Below the pieces are notes generated by a model, which saw nothing but the letters and a program-made list of their open reading frames with translations, was not told the DNA's origin and made no database searches. A stretch of DNA of 64,000 nucleotides from a virus: positions 6,758 to 70,757 of the IMG/VR virus record IMGVR_UViG_3300028299_000006, one strand, 5' to 3'. The translations under genes were made by a program, and so were the position numbers. This document shows, in pieces, positions 10,989 to 21,416 of the stretch. The stretch's first letter is position 1, and each line of letters starts with the position of its first letter.

Positions 10989-11468
10989 ATGTTCTATATG
11001 TTAAAAAAATTATTTGGTAAAACATATTCAATATTGGTCGTTGATGACAAAGAAGAAAATTTGGAATTAATGAAAACCAATTTAAAACAAATATCAAATG
11101 TGTCTATTGATCTATGTAAAAAATCATCAGAAGCGGAAGATATGATAAGAAATGTAGAATATTCATTGATAATATTAGATATTCAAATGCCTAATATGGA
11201 TGGGTATGAATTAGCGACAAGAATAAAATCTGGATATTATAAAAAAAATATGACAACACCACTTATTTTTGTAACTGGAATATATTATAGTGATATAGAT
11301 AAATTAAAGGGATATACAATAGGTTCAGTTGATTATATTGTTAAACCAATATCTGAAGATTTTATAAGAAAAGTTAAAAAATATATAAAAGTTGATGGTA
11401 AAGGTGATATGACGAAAAGTATATCAAAACAAAGAAATCTAAATATAAAAAAATCATTAAAATTTTAA
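10989..11468 (+). CDS. Response regulator receiver (CheY-like) protein
   Basis: ILVVDD, LIILDIQMPNMDGYEL, IFVT and DYIVKP motifs. Confidence 0.9.
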   Translation: MFYMLKKLFGKTYSILVVDDKEENLELMKTNLKQISNVSIDLCKKSSEAEDMIRNVEYSLIILDIQMPNMDGYELATRIKSGYYKKNMTTPLIFVTGIYYSDIDKLKGYTIGSVDYIVKPISEDFIRKVKKYIKVDGKGDMTKSISKQRNLNIKKSLKF

Positions 11469-11984
11469 ATGTCTGAAGTAATAGTTGATAGTAATGTAAT
11501 GACAACAAAGAAGGTTGAGAAAATATTAGAAAAGGAAAAGTACGCGGTTAAGTTAAAAAGAACAGAATCTCTTTGGCATGAAAGAAAAGTTGGTGTAAGA
11601 AAATCTAATATTTCTTTCGCGATGACAAAGGAAGAGAGGCAAGAATATACAAAATGTAAATTATCTGTATTTTATTTCGCACAAAAATTCTGTAAGATTA
11701 AAAGAGAAGATGGTACTATTGGAGAAATAGAATTAAGAGATTATCAAAAAGAGATGATAAAACTCTTTAATAATAATAGGTATTCTATACTAATGGCCAG
11801 CAGGCAAATAGGTAAGTGTTTGACTTTCAATACATTAGTAAATATAATGGATGAAAAAGGTAATATATTTAAAATAAATTTAGGTAAATTATATTATCAA
11901 ACATTATCTGAACAAAGAAAATTAACAACAATAGAAAAAATAAAAATGTTTTTATATAAAACAATAGATAAATTAGAACAATGA
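11469..11984 (+). CDS. terL: Terminase large subunit N-terminal fragment fused to split intein N-part (55 aa from Cys at 11817)
   Basis: LRDYQ adenine motif, Walker A SRQIGK directly followed by intein block A CLTFNTLV. Confidence 0.88.
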   Translation: MSEVIVDSNVMTTKKVEKILEKEKYAVKLKRTESLWHERKVGVRKSNISFAMTKEERQEYTKCKLSVFYFAQKFCKIKREDGTIGEIELRDYQKEMIKLFNNNRYSILMASRQIGKCLTFNTLVNIMDEKGNIFKINLGKLYYQTLSEQRKLTTIEKIKMFLYKTIDKLEQ

Positions 11985-13312
11985 TAACAGATAAAAAAGT
12001 TGATATTAGAATAGTTAGTAATAATATCAATAGATATAAAAATTTAGGATATAACTGTAAAGTGGGTGATAATATAAATATAAATATTGATGAATTACCT
12101 GAAAAATCACATGTGAAAGTAAATTCTATTTGTGATATATGTGGAAAAGAAAATTTTATAAGTTATCAATCATACAATAAGAATTATAGTAAATATAATA
12201 TTTATACATGTCATAGTTGTTCTTTAGTTAAAAATATTCAGACTAATAATAAAAGATTTGGTTATGATCACCCATTGAAAAATAAAACAATAAGAGAAAA
12301 AATAAAACAAACCAATATTGAAAAATGTGGTGTTGAGAATCCTTTTCAATCTGAAAAAATAAAAGAAAAAATAAAAGAAACAAATTTAGAAAGATATGGG
12401 GTTGAATATGTTCAACAAAATAAAGAAATTTTAAATAAATCAAATAATACAAATATAAAGAAATATGGTGTTAATAGACCATCAAAAAATAAGAATATTT
12501 ATAAAAAAATAAAAGATACAAAGAATAAAAAATATGGAAACGAAAATTATAATAATATAGATAAAATAAAACAAACTAATATTGAGAAATATGGTGTTGA
12601 TAATGTGTCTAAATTGAAAGATCACAAATTAAAAACACAGAATTATTATAGAGATAAAATGTTGGTTAATTATGATAATATTTTGAATATTGATTATAAT
12701 AAAGACATTTATTATTGTAAATGTAAGAATGGACACGAATATGAGATAAGAATTGGATTATATCATAACAGATTATCACATAGTATAAATACATGTACTA
12801 TCTGTTATCCAGAAAATGAGTTGAATTCAATAAAAGAATTGGAATTGTTAGATTTTATTAAATCTAATTATAATGGCAACATAATAAAAAATGATAGAAA
12901 AATATTGAATGGGAAAGAATTAGATATTTATTTACCTGATTTATATTTAGCGTTTGAATATAATGGATTATATTGGCATAGTAATATTTATAAGGATGAC
13001 TTATATCATATTAATAAAATAAGAAATTGTTTAATAAAAGGAGTTCAACTTGTTTATGTTTGGGAAGATGAATGGATTAAAGAAAATGAAAAGACAAAAA
13101 ATAATATTTTAAATATTTTAAAAAATAAAAAAGATATAGAAATTAATTCTTTTTTAATAAGTGATAAAATATTAGACAATTATTACATTGTTGACAAAAT
13201 AATACCAAGTAAATGGATAATTGATGGAATAAATAGAATCAAATCTAATAATAATAACTCTACTTATTTTATGGATACAGGTAAGACGATATTAAAAAAA
13301 TGCACTGTTTAA
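11981..13312 (+). CDS. Free-standing homing endonuclease-like protein (KYGV repeats plus PD-(D/E)xK/Vsr-like domain) between terminase halves
   Basis: TNIEKYGV repeats; ELDIYLPDLYLAFEYNGLYWH...VWEDEW. Confidence 0.8.
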   Translation: MITDKKVDIRIVSNNINRYKNLGYNCKVGDNININIDELPEKSHVKVNSICDICGKENFISYQSYNKNYSKYNIYTCHSCSLVKNIQTNNKRFGYDHPLKNKTIREKIKQTNIEKCGVENPFQSEKIKEKIKETNLERYGVEYVQQNKEILNKSNNTNIKKYGVNRPSKNKNIYKKIKDTKNKKYGNENYNNIDKIKQTNIEKYGVDNVSKLKDHKLKTQNYYRDKMLVNYDNILNIDYNKDIYYCKCKNGHEYEIRIGLYHNRLSHSINTCTICYPENELNSIKELELLDFIKSNYNGNIIKNDRKILNGKELDIYLPDLYLAFEYNGLYWHSNIYKDDLYHINKIRNCLIKGVQLVYVWEDEWIKENEKTKNNILNILKNKKDIEINSFLISDKILDNYYIVDKIIPSKWIIDGINRIKSNNNNSTYFMDTGKTILKKCTV

Positions 13313-15603
13313 TGAAAAAAATAGTAATATTTATATTAAATTTTTTTATAATATTGATAGAAAAATATCAATATAGAAAATTAGATCTTGATGAGGATAA
13401 TCAATTTAAAAAAATTATTAATACTATATTTACAGATTATATGATGGTAGAAACCCATAATGGATTTGTTACGTTTGGTGAAATAAATATAACTCAACCT
13501 TTACAAAGATATAGTTTAGAATTATGTGATGGAAAAAAACTAGAGTGTGCTGACAATCATATTGTTTTTTGTGATAATTTTATTGAAAAAATGGTGATAG
13601 ATTTAACCACTGATGATTATGTTTTAACCAAAAATGGTAAAAGTAAAGTTAAGTCTATTAAAAAACTTTATGGAAAATATAGTATGTTTGATTTATCAGT
13701 AGATAGTTTTGATATGAGTTATTATACAAATGATATATTATCACATAATACAATTTCAACCGCTATTTATATTTTATGGTATATTTTATTTAATGATAAT
13801 AAAGGGGTTATGATTGTAGCGAATAAATCAAAGACGACAAAAGAGATTATTAATAAAATAAAATCCATTTATAAATTATTACCATTTTATTTAAAAATTG
13901 GTGTTGTAAACTGGAATGAAAATTCAATATCATTAGATAATGGTTCTAGAATACAAACTGAAGCGAGAACAACAGAACCAGCGATTGGTTTTACGATTGA
14001 TTTGTTATATTTGGATGAATTCGCGAAAGTACCAGATAATATCGTTAGAAAATATTATGGTGAAGTAGTACCAATTGTATCATCTATTGAAAATTCAAAA
14101 ATTATTATTACATCAACACCAGATGGATTTAATTTATTCTGGGAACTAATGATGGGAGCGGAAAAATCAAAAGATGATGATGATAATAATGGATACTCTT
14201 CTATGAGAGTTTATTGGTATCAGGTTAAAGGTAGAAGAGATACAAAAATTATTATAAATAAAACAAAATTACGAAGATTGTTAAATAAAGGATTAACTAA
14301 GACATATTTAAAGAATTATTTAAAAGATTCTGGGTATAGAATATATGATGATTCATCTAGTCTAGATAATATATTTATTAGAAGATTTAAAGATGATAGA
14401 GAAAAATATCTATGTTCAAAATCCGATATTAGTGATATTAGAAAAATGTTAATACCATGTTCTGATGGTACTAATGTCGCGTTATCAGAAATTACAAGAA
14501 TAACAAATTGGGAAGAAGAACAGACAAAATTGATTGGTGGGGAATCTATGTTCAAACAAGAGTTTGATTTAGAATTTTTAACAGATGATAAGACATTGTT
14601 TGATAGTATTAAATTCCAACAAATAGTTCAGAATATAAAACATTATGAACATATTGAAATTGATAATTTTAGTAAAAAACTACCAATACCTTATACAAAT
14701 TTAAAATTTGTACATGATTCTCCAGAATTATTTGAATTTAGTAAAAGACGAGATTATTATATTTTTATGGGCATAGATCTCGCGGAAGGGTTGGGAATAG
14801 ATTATACTGTTATAAATATTTTTAAAGTGTCACAAAAAGATGAAGAATGGATTAATGATAATAAAGAAAGTATAAATACTGTTTATGATTTTTTCAAATT
14901 AGATCAAATAGGTATGTGGAAATCAAATATTTATAAAATTAGTGAGGTGTCACATTTACTTTATATGATTGCGTTTGAATTTTTTGATCCTGAAAAAGTT
15001 AGAGTTATTGTTGAGATGAATAAAAATTTAGGAAATCATTTATTTGATATTTTACCATATGTTTTTGATGGTAACAATGATTATGGAGATGCGATATTTC
15101 TAAGGTTTAAACACAGAGAAACAGATAAATATCCAAAAAGAGGATTATTAGTAGGTCAAGATAAAAAATATTTAGTTAAAGAATTTCAGGATAATGTTAT
15201 GAAAGATAATATTATGTTGACAAATGAGTCAAACATAATAGAACTTAAATCATTCGCGAAGAAAGAAACACCTAGTGGTGAGGTAACATATAAATCACAA
15301 ACTGGGCATGATGATATGGTTATGAGCTGCGTAAATCTCGCGTCCGCGTTCAATCACCCATATTATAAAGATTCTGTTGATAGATACATTGATAATGGGT
15401 TATCAGAAGATTATAAACCACTTATTTTTGAATATATGGATAGAAAGGGTGATAATAGTGGGTTAAAAGCGATTTCAGGAATTTATAGTAAGATATACAA
15501 AAAAGGTGTCATAGGTTCAGATAATCAAATATTTTTTCCAAGATTAGATAAAAAATATAATTTAGGAATTAAAAATATAGAAAATTGGTACAAAAAATCA
15601 TAA
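13300..15603 (+). CDS. terL: Split intein C-part (to 13749) fused to terminase large subunit C-terminal ATPase/nuclease (start probably 13312)
   Basis: Block B ECADNH, YYTNDILSHN/T junction, Walker B LYLDEFA, ITSTP, GIDLAEG, HDDMVMS. Confidence 0.9.
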   Translation: MHCLMKKIVIFILNFFIILIEKYQYRKLDLDEDNQFKKIINTIFTDYMMVETHNGFVTFGEINITQPLQRYSLELCDGKKLECADNHIVFCDNFIEKMVIDLTTDDYVLTKNGKSKVKSIKKLYGKYSMFDLSVDSFDMSYYTNDILSHNTISTAIYILWYILFNDNKGVMIVANKSKTTKEIINKIKSIYKLLPFYLKIGVVNWNENSISLDNGSRIQTEARTTEPAIGFTIDLLYLDEFAKVPDNIVRKYYGEVVPIVSSIENSKIIITSTPDGFNLFWELMMGAEKSKDDDDNNGYSSMRVYWYQVKGRRDTKIIINKTKLRRLLNKGLTKTYLKNYLKDSGYRIYDDSSSLDNIFIRRFKDDREKYLCSKSDISDIRKMLIPCSDGTNVALSEITRITNWEEEQTKLIGGESMFKQEFDLEFLTDDKTLFDSIKFQQIVQNIKHYEHIEIDNFSKKLPIPYTNLKFVHDSPELFEFSKRRDYYIFMGIDLAEGLGIDYTVINIFKVSQKDEEWINDNKESINTVYDFFKLDQIGMWKSNIYKISEVSHLLYMIAFEFFDPEKVRVIVEMNKNLGNHLFDILPYVFDGNNDYGDAIFLRFKHRETDKYPKRGLLVGQDKKYLVKEFQDNVMKDNIMLTNESNIIELKSFAKKETPSGEVTYKSQTGHDDMVMSCVNLASAFNHPYYKDSVDRYIDNGLSEDYKPLIFEYMDRKGDNSGLKAISGIYSKIYKKGVIGSDNQIFFPRLDKKYNLGIKNIENWYKKS

Positions 15604-15611
15604 AATAAATC

Positions 15612-16091
15612 ATGAGAATAAAAAAATTTGAAAATATGGATTTTGAAGAAGATTGGATGGATGAAGAACCAATTAAAGCTAATTGGAATGGTGATATTAT
15701 TATAACAGACCCTTGTTATGTATTTAATTGGGATGATATAGAAGGAAAAGGAGTGGATATATTCGGTGGTAATGGTCTTAAAAAATTGGGATTTACAAAA
15801 TATATATGGGAAGATACAATATATGGTGACTGGTCGTGTGTGACTATTAATGTAGATACTAATGAGGTTTTGGGTAGATTCTGTGCTGACGCTGGACTAG
15901 TTGGAGTATTTTTACTTGATGAAGTATTAAAATATAATCCAAAATATAATTATGAAAGAGATATAAGTAATGGAGCGTTAACATTAATAAAAGATTTTCA
16001 TGGTGATATTGAATATGATATACGAGATGATGAAGCTTATATAGAAGGAACTGGAAATATAAATTTTATAACAAAACAAAGATATAAATAA
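15612..16091 (+). CDS. Hypothetical protein (ITDPCY/DAG motif family) with KKFE N-terminus
   Basis: IIITDPCY, YGDW and FCADAGLVGV motifs. Confidence 0.65.
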   Translation: MRIKKFENMDFEEDWMDEEPIKANWNGDIIITDPCYVFNWDDIEGKGVDIFGGNGLKKLGFTKYIWEDTIYGDWSCVTINVDTNEVLGRFCADAGLVGVFLLDEVLKYNPKYNYERDISNGALTLIKDFHGDIEYDIRDDEAYIEGTGNINFITKQRYK

Positions 16092-16092
16092 T

Positions 16093-16404
16093 ATGAAAAT
16101 AAGAAAATTTGAAAATATTGATTTTGATGATTGGGATATTCAAGAAGAAGAACCATCTGAATTTGAGGGTAAAGAATTTGATACATATATACATGGGTCT
16201 AAGGGAGAAGGTTGGGATATTTTAAGAACAAAATTTGATATATCGGATTATCCAAAGCCAGGAGAAAAGGAAAAGAGAGATTTTTGTGATAATATAATAT
16301 ATATTAACTATGAAATTAAAATAGTATATAAAATAATTGATGGTAAACCAAGAGCTATATCTGTTAATTTCGGTGATGGTAGAGGCGATGTAAATATAGA
16401 ATAA
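16093..16404 (+). CDS. Hypothetical protein, KFE..D..W family
   Basis: MKIRKFENIDFDDW start. Confidence 0.6.
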   Translation: MKIRKFENIDFDDWDIQEEEPSEFEGKEFDTYIHGSKGEGWDILRTKFDISDYPKPGEKEKRDFCDNIIYINYEIKIVYKIIDGKPRAISVNFGDGRGDVNIE

Positions 16405-16406
16405 TT

Positions 16407-17099
16407 ATGAAGAAATATCCGCGTACATTTCATTTCAAGTTCAGTCAAGGTACTACAAATGATGATAAAATAGCAGACACATTTGATAATGTTTTGAGTG
16501 GGGAAGTTGTTTTTACAGAAAAATTAGATGGTGAAAATATAATGCTTTCAAAAGAAGGCATATTTTCTCGTTCAAGGTCAACAACAACAGATAATCCATG
16601 GAATAAATATCTTAAACCATTTATAGATACAATTTCACATAAATTGGGAGATTTAGAAATATATGGTGAGAGTTTATTCGCGGTTCATTCAATAGAATAT
16701 TCGGGATTAGATAGTTATTTTTATGTCTTTGGAATAAGAGATAGAAGTAAAAATTCTTGGTTATCATGGGATGATGTTAAATTTTATTCAGATGTTTTAG
16801 AATTACCAACTGTTCCTGTTTTATTCATAACACCTCCCGATTGGAAAGTAACTCCAGAAGAATTAGAAAAGATAATAGGTGGATTTATGAATACAACATC
16901 AGAATTATCAGACAATAAATTCTGGTTAACACCAAAAGAAGGTGTTGTTGTTAGAGTAAAAAGAGAAATTATGGATGATGAATTTAATGAATGTTTATTC
17001 AAGTTTGTTAGACAAGATCATGTTAAAACTGATGAACATTGGACAAAAAAATGGAAAAGAGCCCATTTGAGGTATGACCTAGAAAGAATATTAAAATAG
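16407..17099 (+). CDS. ATP-dependent RNA ligase family protein
   Basis: KYPRTFH, motif I TEKLDGEN, YGE, FYVFGI, EGVVVR, KFVR. Confidence 0.85.
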   Translation: MKKYPRTFHFKFSQGTTNDDKIADTFDNVLSGEVVFTEKLDGENIMLSKEGIFSRSRSTTTDNPWNKYLKPFIDTISHKLGDLEIYGESLFAVHSIEYSGLDSYFYVFGIRDRSKNSWLSWDDVKFYSDVLELPTVPVLFITPPDWKVTPEELEKIIGGFMNTTSELSDNKFWLTPKEGVVVRVKREIMDDEFNECLFKFVRQDHVKTDEHWTKKWKRAHLRYDLERILK

Positions 17100-17118
17100 A
17101 AAAATACTATATAATGAT

Positions 17119-17458
17119 ATGAAATACTTAAAACTATTTGAAGAGATTGAAAATGATGATTTTTATTGGGAAGATGATGTACAATCAGAATCTAATGGTT
17201 TTAGTGAAGATGATATTAATAACTCTAGGACTCGTAAGACATAGTGATAATTCTTTTAGAATGCCATTGGGTAGTAATAATATGAAAGTCGAAATAACAA
17301 AAAATGGTGTTTATAGATCAGTTATAATTGGTTATTTATTAGGTAAAAAAATACCTTTATATGATGAAGAGTCAACAACATTGGATGAATGTTTAAAAAA
17401 ATTAGATAAAAATCTTGATAGAGTTTTTAATAAATTAATGAATGAAATTTTACCATAA
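17119..17458 (+). pseudogene. MKYLKLFEE-family gene broken by an apparent 1-nt insertion near 17215
   Basis: ATG 17119 reads MKYLKLFEEIENDDFYWEDD...FSEDD and stops at 17244; the +1 frame continues LITLGLVRH... to 17458. Confidence 0.65.
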
Positions 17459-17903
17459 AATAAAAAAATATATGATTAAGAAATTTTCAAAATTTAATGA
17501 GTCAAAAAGAGGATATATGGGTCCTAAACGAGCGATAGGATTCAGATATTCAGAACCAAAAGAAGAATGTATCTCTGATTTATATTATCCAATAGAATTT
17601 CAACTAGATATAGTAGATGAGATTAAAGAAAGACTCAAATGTCACGAGATTGCAGATTTAGATATATCATTAGATGAAAATGTTTTAAAATTTAAATTTA
17701 GAAGTTATGGTCAAAAAGAATCAAAATCAATAACGGATGAAATACGAAATAATGTTGAAATTATTACTGGTCAAAAACCATTTGAAATTATAATTAATGG
17801 AATATCAGTATTTAAGGATAAAGAACTTATCAAAGATTTGATTAACATAGTAGGTCTAGAATCAAGTGTAAGATACAATACAACAACAACAGATTTCGCG
17901 TAA
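17442..17903 (+). CDS. Hypothetical protein (probable start MIKKFSKFNE)
   Basis: ORF with family N-terminal motif. Confidence 0.6.
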   Translation: MKFYHKIKKYMIKKFSKFNESKRGYMGPKRAIGFRYSEPKEECISDLYYPIEFQLDIVDEIKERLKCHEIADLDISLDENVLKFKFRSYGQKESKSITDEIRNNVEIITGQKPFEIIINGISVFKDKELIKDLINIVGLESSVRYNTTTTDFA

Positions 17904-17950
17904 ACTTTTTTTCAAAATAAATTTTTATTTAAAGTTTTTATTTCTTATAT

Positions 17951-18658
17951 TTGAATGTTAATGAAATAAAAATAAAAATTATGGGAATATTTTCTAGCAT
18001 TAATAGTGTTGGTATAAGTGGATCAAAACAAAATATAAATCCATTGTTTAAAGCTGGTGATAAGATAATACCTATAGATAAGAATAATGATGGTATTCCA
18101 GATTTCGCTTATGAATTTTTGTGTAATAATGAAGAATTCAGAGTAAAAAAAATAAATCAAAAAGGTAGAATTGATATAGGGGCGTTTAAAATGCTAGAAA
18201 ATGGAAAAAGAAAAGTTTTTTATTTTTCATCATCTAGATTTCTAAAAATAAAAGATAATATTTCACCATTTGACACTATAGATGATGTGGATATATTGGA
18301 TGAAACAGAAATTGATAATGGTTTGATTTCTTTACAACGACCATTCACATTGGATGATGATTATAATTTACTACCACCTGAGATTTATTTTTATATAGTT
18401 GAAACAGAAGATAGATTCGTTGTATTTTTAACCCCAGTTACATATTTCAATGAACACAATATGTTGGATGAAAACTTTACACCAAATGGTTTTCTATCTA
18501 GAGTATTGGATGTATGTGGAATAAATCCAGTTAGTGTCGGTGGGTCAATATTTGTTGGAAAAGTTGGTAGTGAATTTGAAACATCAAAAAATAGTTTATT
18601 AGAAATTGGATTTGTTGAAAATGAAAGATTCACAAACTATTTTAATATCCTAGAATAA
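17951..18658 (+). CDS. Hypothetical protein, paralog of 18692
   Basis: Shared GDKI.P...P..A..FL....EF.V...N..G..DIG....NGK.KVFYFSS.RF block. Confidence 0.7.
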   Translation: MNVNEIKIKIMGIFSSINSVGISGSKQNINPLFKAGDKIIPIDKNNDGIPDFAYEFLCNNEEFRVKKINQKGRIDIGAFKMLENGKRKVFYFSSSRFLKIKDNISPFDTIDDVDILDETEIDNGLISLQRPFTLDDDYNLLPPEIYFYIVETEDRFVVFLTPVTYFNEHNMLDENFTPNGFLSRVLDVCGINPVSVGGSIFVGKVGSEFETSKNSLLEIGFVENERFTNYFNILE

Positions 18659-18691
18659 AAAATTTATATATAAATATAAAAATAAATAACT

Positions 18692-19663
18692 ATGATAATA
18701 AATTTTAACGAATTTTCAGATGTTAATGACTTGATTGACGCTATCCTAGATAAGATTAGTGATGAAGGTTATAAATCACTAACAGATAAAGAAAAGGATG
18801 TACTTAATAAACATTCAAAAGGTCAGAAAATAGATATGAACACCATTAAAGGTGAAAAACCTACTGTAAAAAAACTTGATATGGATGATATCCCAACGGA
18901 TGGAAATATCAAGGATTTTCTAGCAAATAGGGGTGGGTTTAGAGGAAATGATGCCCCATATTATGGTGAAATGAACCACCCAAATAGATTAAAAGTTGGT
19001 GATAAGATAAAACCAATGGCGGTTAGTGGAGATAAATTACCAAAATACGCTACAGATTTCTTGGAAACTAGTGATGAATTTGTTGTCCTTAGAGTTAATG
19101 ATAGTGGTAAAGTTGATATTGGATGTTCTAGAAAATCTAATGGAAAAAAGAAAGTTTTTTATTTTTCATCAATGAGATTTAGAAAAGTGGATGAAGCGGA
19201 AGATTACGATTTTGACGATGATATTGAAGAAATTGGTGAGATTGGTGATCAAAATCCTGATGATTTTAATGAATTGGATTGGGAAAATGGGAAAGAATAT
19301 GTGGATTTTACTGGTCAAGACAATCCAGCTCTAAAAGGACTAGGTAAAAAGAAAAAATTAGAACCACAAGATTATTATTTTCATGTTCAACAATTTGATA
19401 ATTATATTATGATAGCTATGACATCAGTTGACTTTTTTAATAGATATCATGGTTTAGATGATAATTTAGTTTCAGAAAGTCTATCACAACAAGTAAGAGC
19501 TGCGATGAATCGTTCTGGGGTTTACGCTGATACGGAAGCGGCGGAAGCGATGTGGGAAGCTATACCAGGATTTACAGTTGAGGAAATCACAAATAATATG
19601 ATAAACGAGGGATTCTTACATGATCAAGAGTTTATAGATATGTTAGAACATGGTGCTGGATAA
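18692..19663 (+). CDS. Hypothetical protein, paralog of 17951, with N-terminal IDAILDKIS..G..SLT helical motif
   Basis: Shared block with 17951. Confidence 0.7.
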   Translation: MIINFNEFSDVNDLIDAILDKISDEGYKSLTDKEKDVLNKHSKGQKIDMNTIKGEKPTVKKLDMDDIPTDGNIKDFLANRGGFRGNDAPYYGEMNHPNRLKVGDKIKPMAVSGDKLPKYATDFLETSDEFVVLRVNDSGKVDIGCSRKSNGKKKVFYFSSMRFRKVDEAEDYDFDDDIEEIGEIGDQNPDDFNELDWENGKEYVDFTGQDNPALKGLGKKKKLEPQDYYFHVQQFDNYIMIAMTSVDFFNRYHGLDDNLVSESLSQQVRAAMNRSGVYADTEAAEAMWEAIPGFTVEEITNNMINEGFLHDQEFIDMLEHGAG

Positions 19664-19887
19664 TGGAGAAGGTTGATTTACATGGGGTTAGACACGGCGA
19701 AGTAAGTGGTTTATTAATTCGGAAAATAGAAGAATTTTGGAATAAAGATGTTGAATTACATATTGTTACGGGATATAGTGAACAGATGAAGGAAATTGTA
19801 ATTAATATTTTAAATGAATATAAACTAGACTATCAGATAGGTGACTTCTTAAAATCAAATAATGGATATATAACGACTATTGTTTAA
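19663..19887 (+). CDS. Small Smr-domain-like protein
   Basis: VDLHG and IVTG motifs. Confidence 0.7.
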   Translation: MEKVDLHGVRHGEVSGLLIRKIEEFWNKDVELHIVTGYSEQMKEIVINILNEYKLDYQIGDFLKSNNGYITTIV

Positions 19888-20206
19888 TCTGTCTGTTAAT
19901 CCACCCCATTATTATACTAACAATATATTTTATATCTTCTTCTTCTAATATTTCGCATTTATATAAACATTCCCTACAACAAGTACCTGTCCCATGTTGG
20001 GCGATAAAAACTGGGTGACCTTTATATGGAGTTTGTTTGCCATCCTTTTCAGTTTTTTCTTTCAATCTCTTTGATATAAAATCAAGCGCGTGACTTTCTA
20101 TTACATCAAGACCTTTACTTTTTATGTACTCAAAATCCTTTTCCTTTAATTTCATTTTTGAACGAAATTTGGACTTCTCTAATTGGTCTAATTTATTATC
20201 AATCAT
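19877..20206 (-). CDS. DUF4186 family protein
   Basis: SKFRSK, DGKQTPYKGHPVFIAQHGTGTCCRECL. Confidence 0.8.
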   Translation of the reverse strand: MIDNKLDQLEKSKFRSKMKLKEKDFEYIKSKGLDVIESHALDFISKRLKEKTEKDGKQTPYKGHPVFIAQHGTGTCCRECLYKCEILEEEDIKYIVSIIMGWINRQIKQ

Positions 20207-20296
20207 AGGTAATATATATCTTTTTTGTTAAAATGTTTTGAAAATGGAAAAAAATCATTTTTTGATTTTTATATATAATGTAAATATAAAGTAAAT

Positions 20297-20449
20297 ATGG
20301 AAAAAGAAAATAAAATGTTATTTAATTTTAGAATTCATAAGGAATTATATGAATACTTATCTAGAAAGTCAAATGAAAATTATACAACTATGACACAATA
20401 TCTTATAGATTTAATCAAAAAAGATAAAGAGAAAAATGAAAAAAAATGA
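20297..20449 (+). CDS. Small ribbon-helix-helix-like protein, copy 1 (missing from ORF track)
   Basis: MEKENKMLFNFRIHKELYEYLSRKSNENYTTMTQYLIDLIKKDKEKNEKK; near-identical copy at 39569. Confidence 0.75.
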   Translation: MEKENKMLFNFRIHKELYEYLSRKSNENYTTMTQYLIDLIKKDKEKNEKK

Positions 20450-21269
20450 ATTTTATGTTTATATTTATCTAGATCCTAGAAAACCAGGTGATTATATGTA
20501 TGGAGATTTAAAATTTGATTATGAACCATTTTATGTTGGGAAGGGAAAAGATGATAGAATGTATAGACATAATTATTTATTTAAGGATGATGTAAATAGT
20601 TATAAAATTGGAAAAATCAAAAAAATAATATCCGAAAAGAAGAAACCAATTATTGAAAAGATATATGATAATTTAAATGAAATTGATTCATTTGAAAAAG
20701 AAAAAGAAGTCATTTTCAAAATTGGAAGATTGAAAAAAGGACCACTTGTTAATTTTAGTGATGGTGGTGAAGGCCAATCTGGTTATAAACATAGAGAGGA
20801 GACCAAAAAGAAAATCGGTGAAGGTGTTAAAAATTCAGAAAAATGGCAAAAATCTATAAAAAGTGATGAACATAAAAAAAATTTAAGTGATGCTTTAATG
20901 GGCCATCCTGGTTGGAATAAAGGTGGAGTTAGAAGTGAAGAAGATCGAATAAAAATAAAAGAAGGATTAAAGAAATCAGATAAAAAATGTGGGGTGATCA
21001 AACATTCCGATGAATCAAAAAAGAAGATGTCAGAAAAAAGAAAAGGCATAGACAATTCAAATTCTGTAACGTATAGAATAAAAATACCAAATAAAGATAT
21101 TATTGAATTTACTGGTAAAAATAAATTAAGAAATTATATAAATATAATAAATAAAGAACTGAAATATCACGATAGAATAAATTTAGAAAAACTAATAAAA
21201 ATTGGAGAAATAAAAAATTATATAATTTTATCTAAAACAAAAATTCATAAAAAGAGATTAAATAAATGA
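20436..21269 (+). CDS. GIY-YIG-type endonuclease with NUMOD3 repeats
   Basis: FYVYIYLDP...FYVGKG...R..H, LVN..DGGEG, HREETKKKIG and HSDESKKKMS. Confidence 0.8.
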   Translation: MKKNEFYVYIYLDPRKPGDYMYGDLKFDYEPFYVGKGKDDRMYRHNYLFKDDVNSYKIGKIKKIISEKKKPIIEKIYDNLNEIDSFEKEKEVIFKIGRLKKGPLVNFSDGGEGQSGYKHREETKKKIGEGVKNSEKWQKSIKSDEHKKNLSDALMGHPGWNKGGVRSEEDRIKIKEGLKKSDKKCGVIKHSDESKKKMSEKRKGIDNSNSVTYRIKIPNKDIIEFTGKNKLRNYINIINKELKYHDRINLEKLIKIGEIKNYIILSKTKIHKKRLNK

Positions 21270-21416
21270 TAATAAGGGATCAACGCTTTTCTCTTTATTA
21301 ATCTGTTTCTTCATAGGAATTTTTTTTTTGGGCCATATTATGTCCCAAAAAAATTATTCAGTCTATATAGTAATATCAAATTTTGAAAAAAAGTTTTTAA
21401 TATATAAAAAAAAGAA

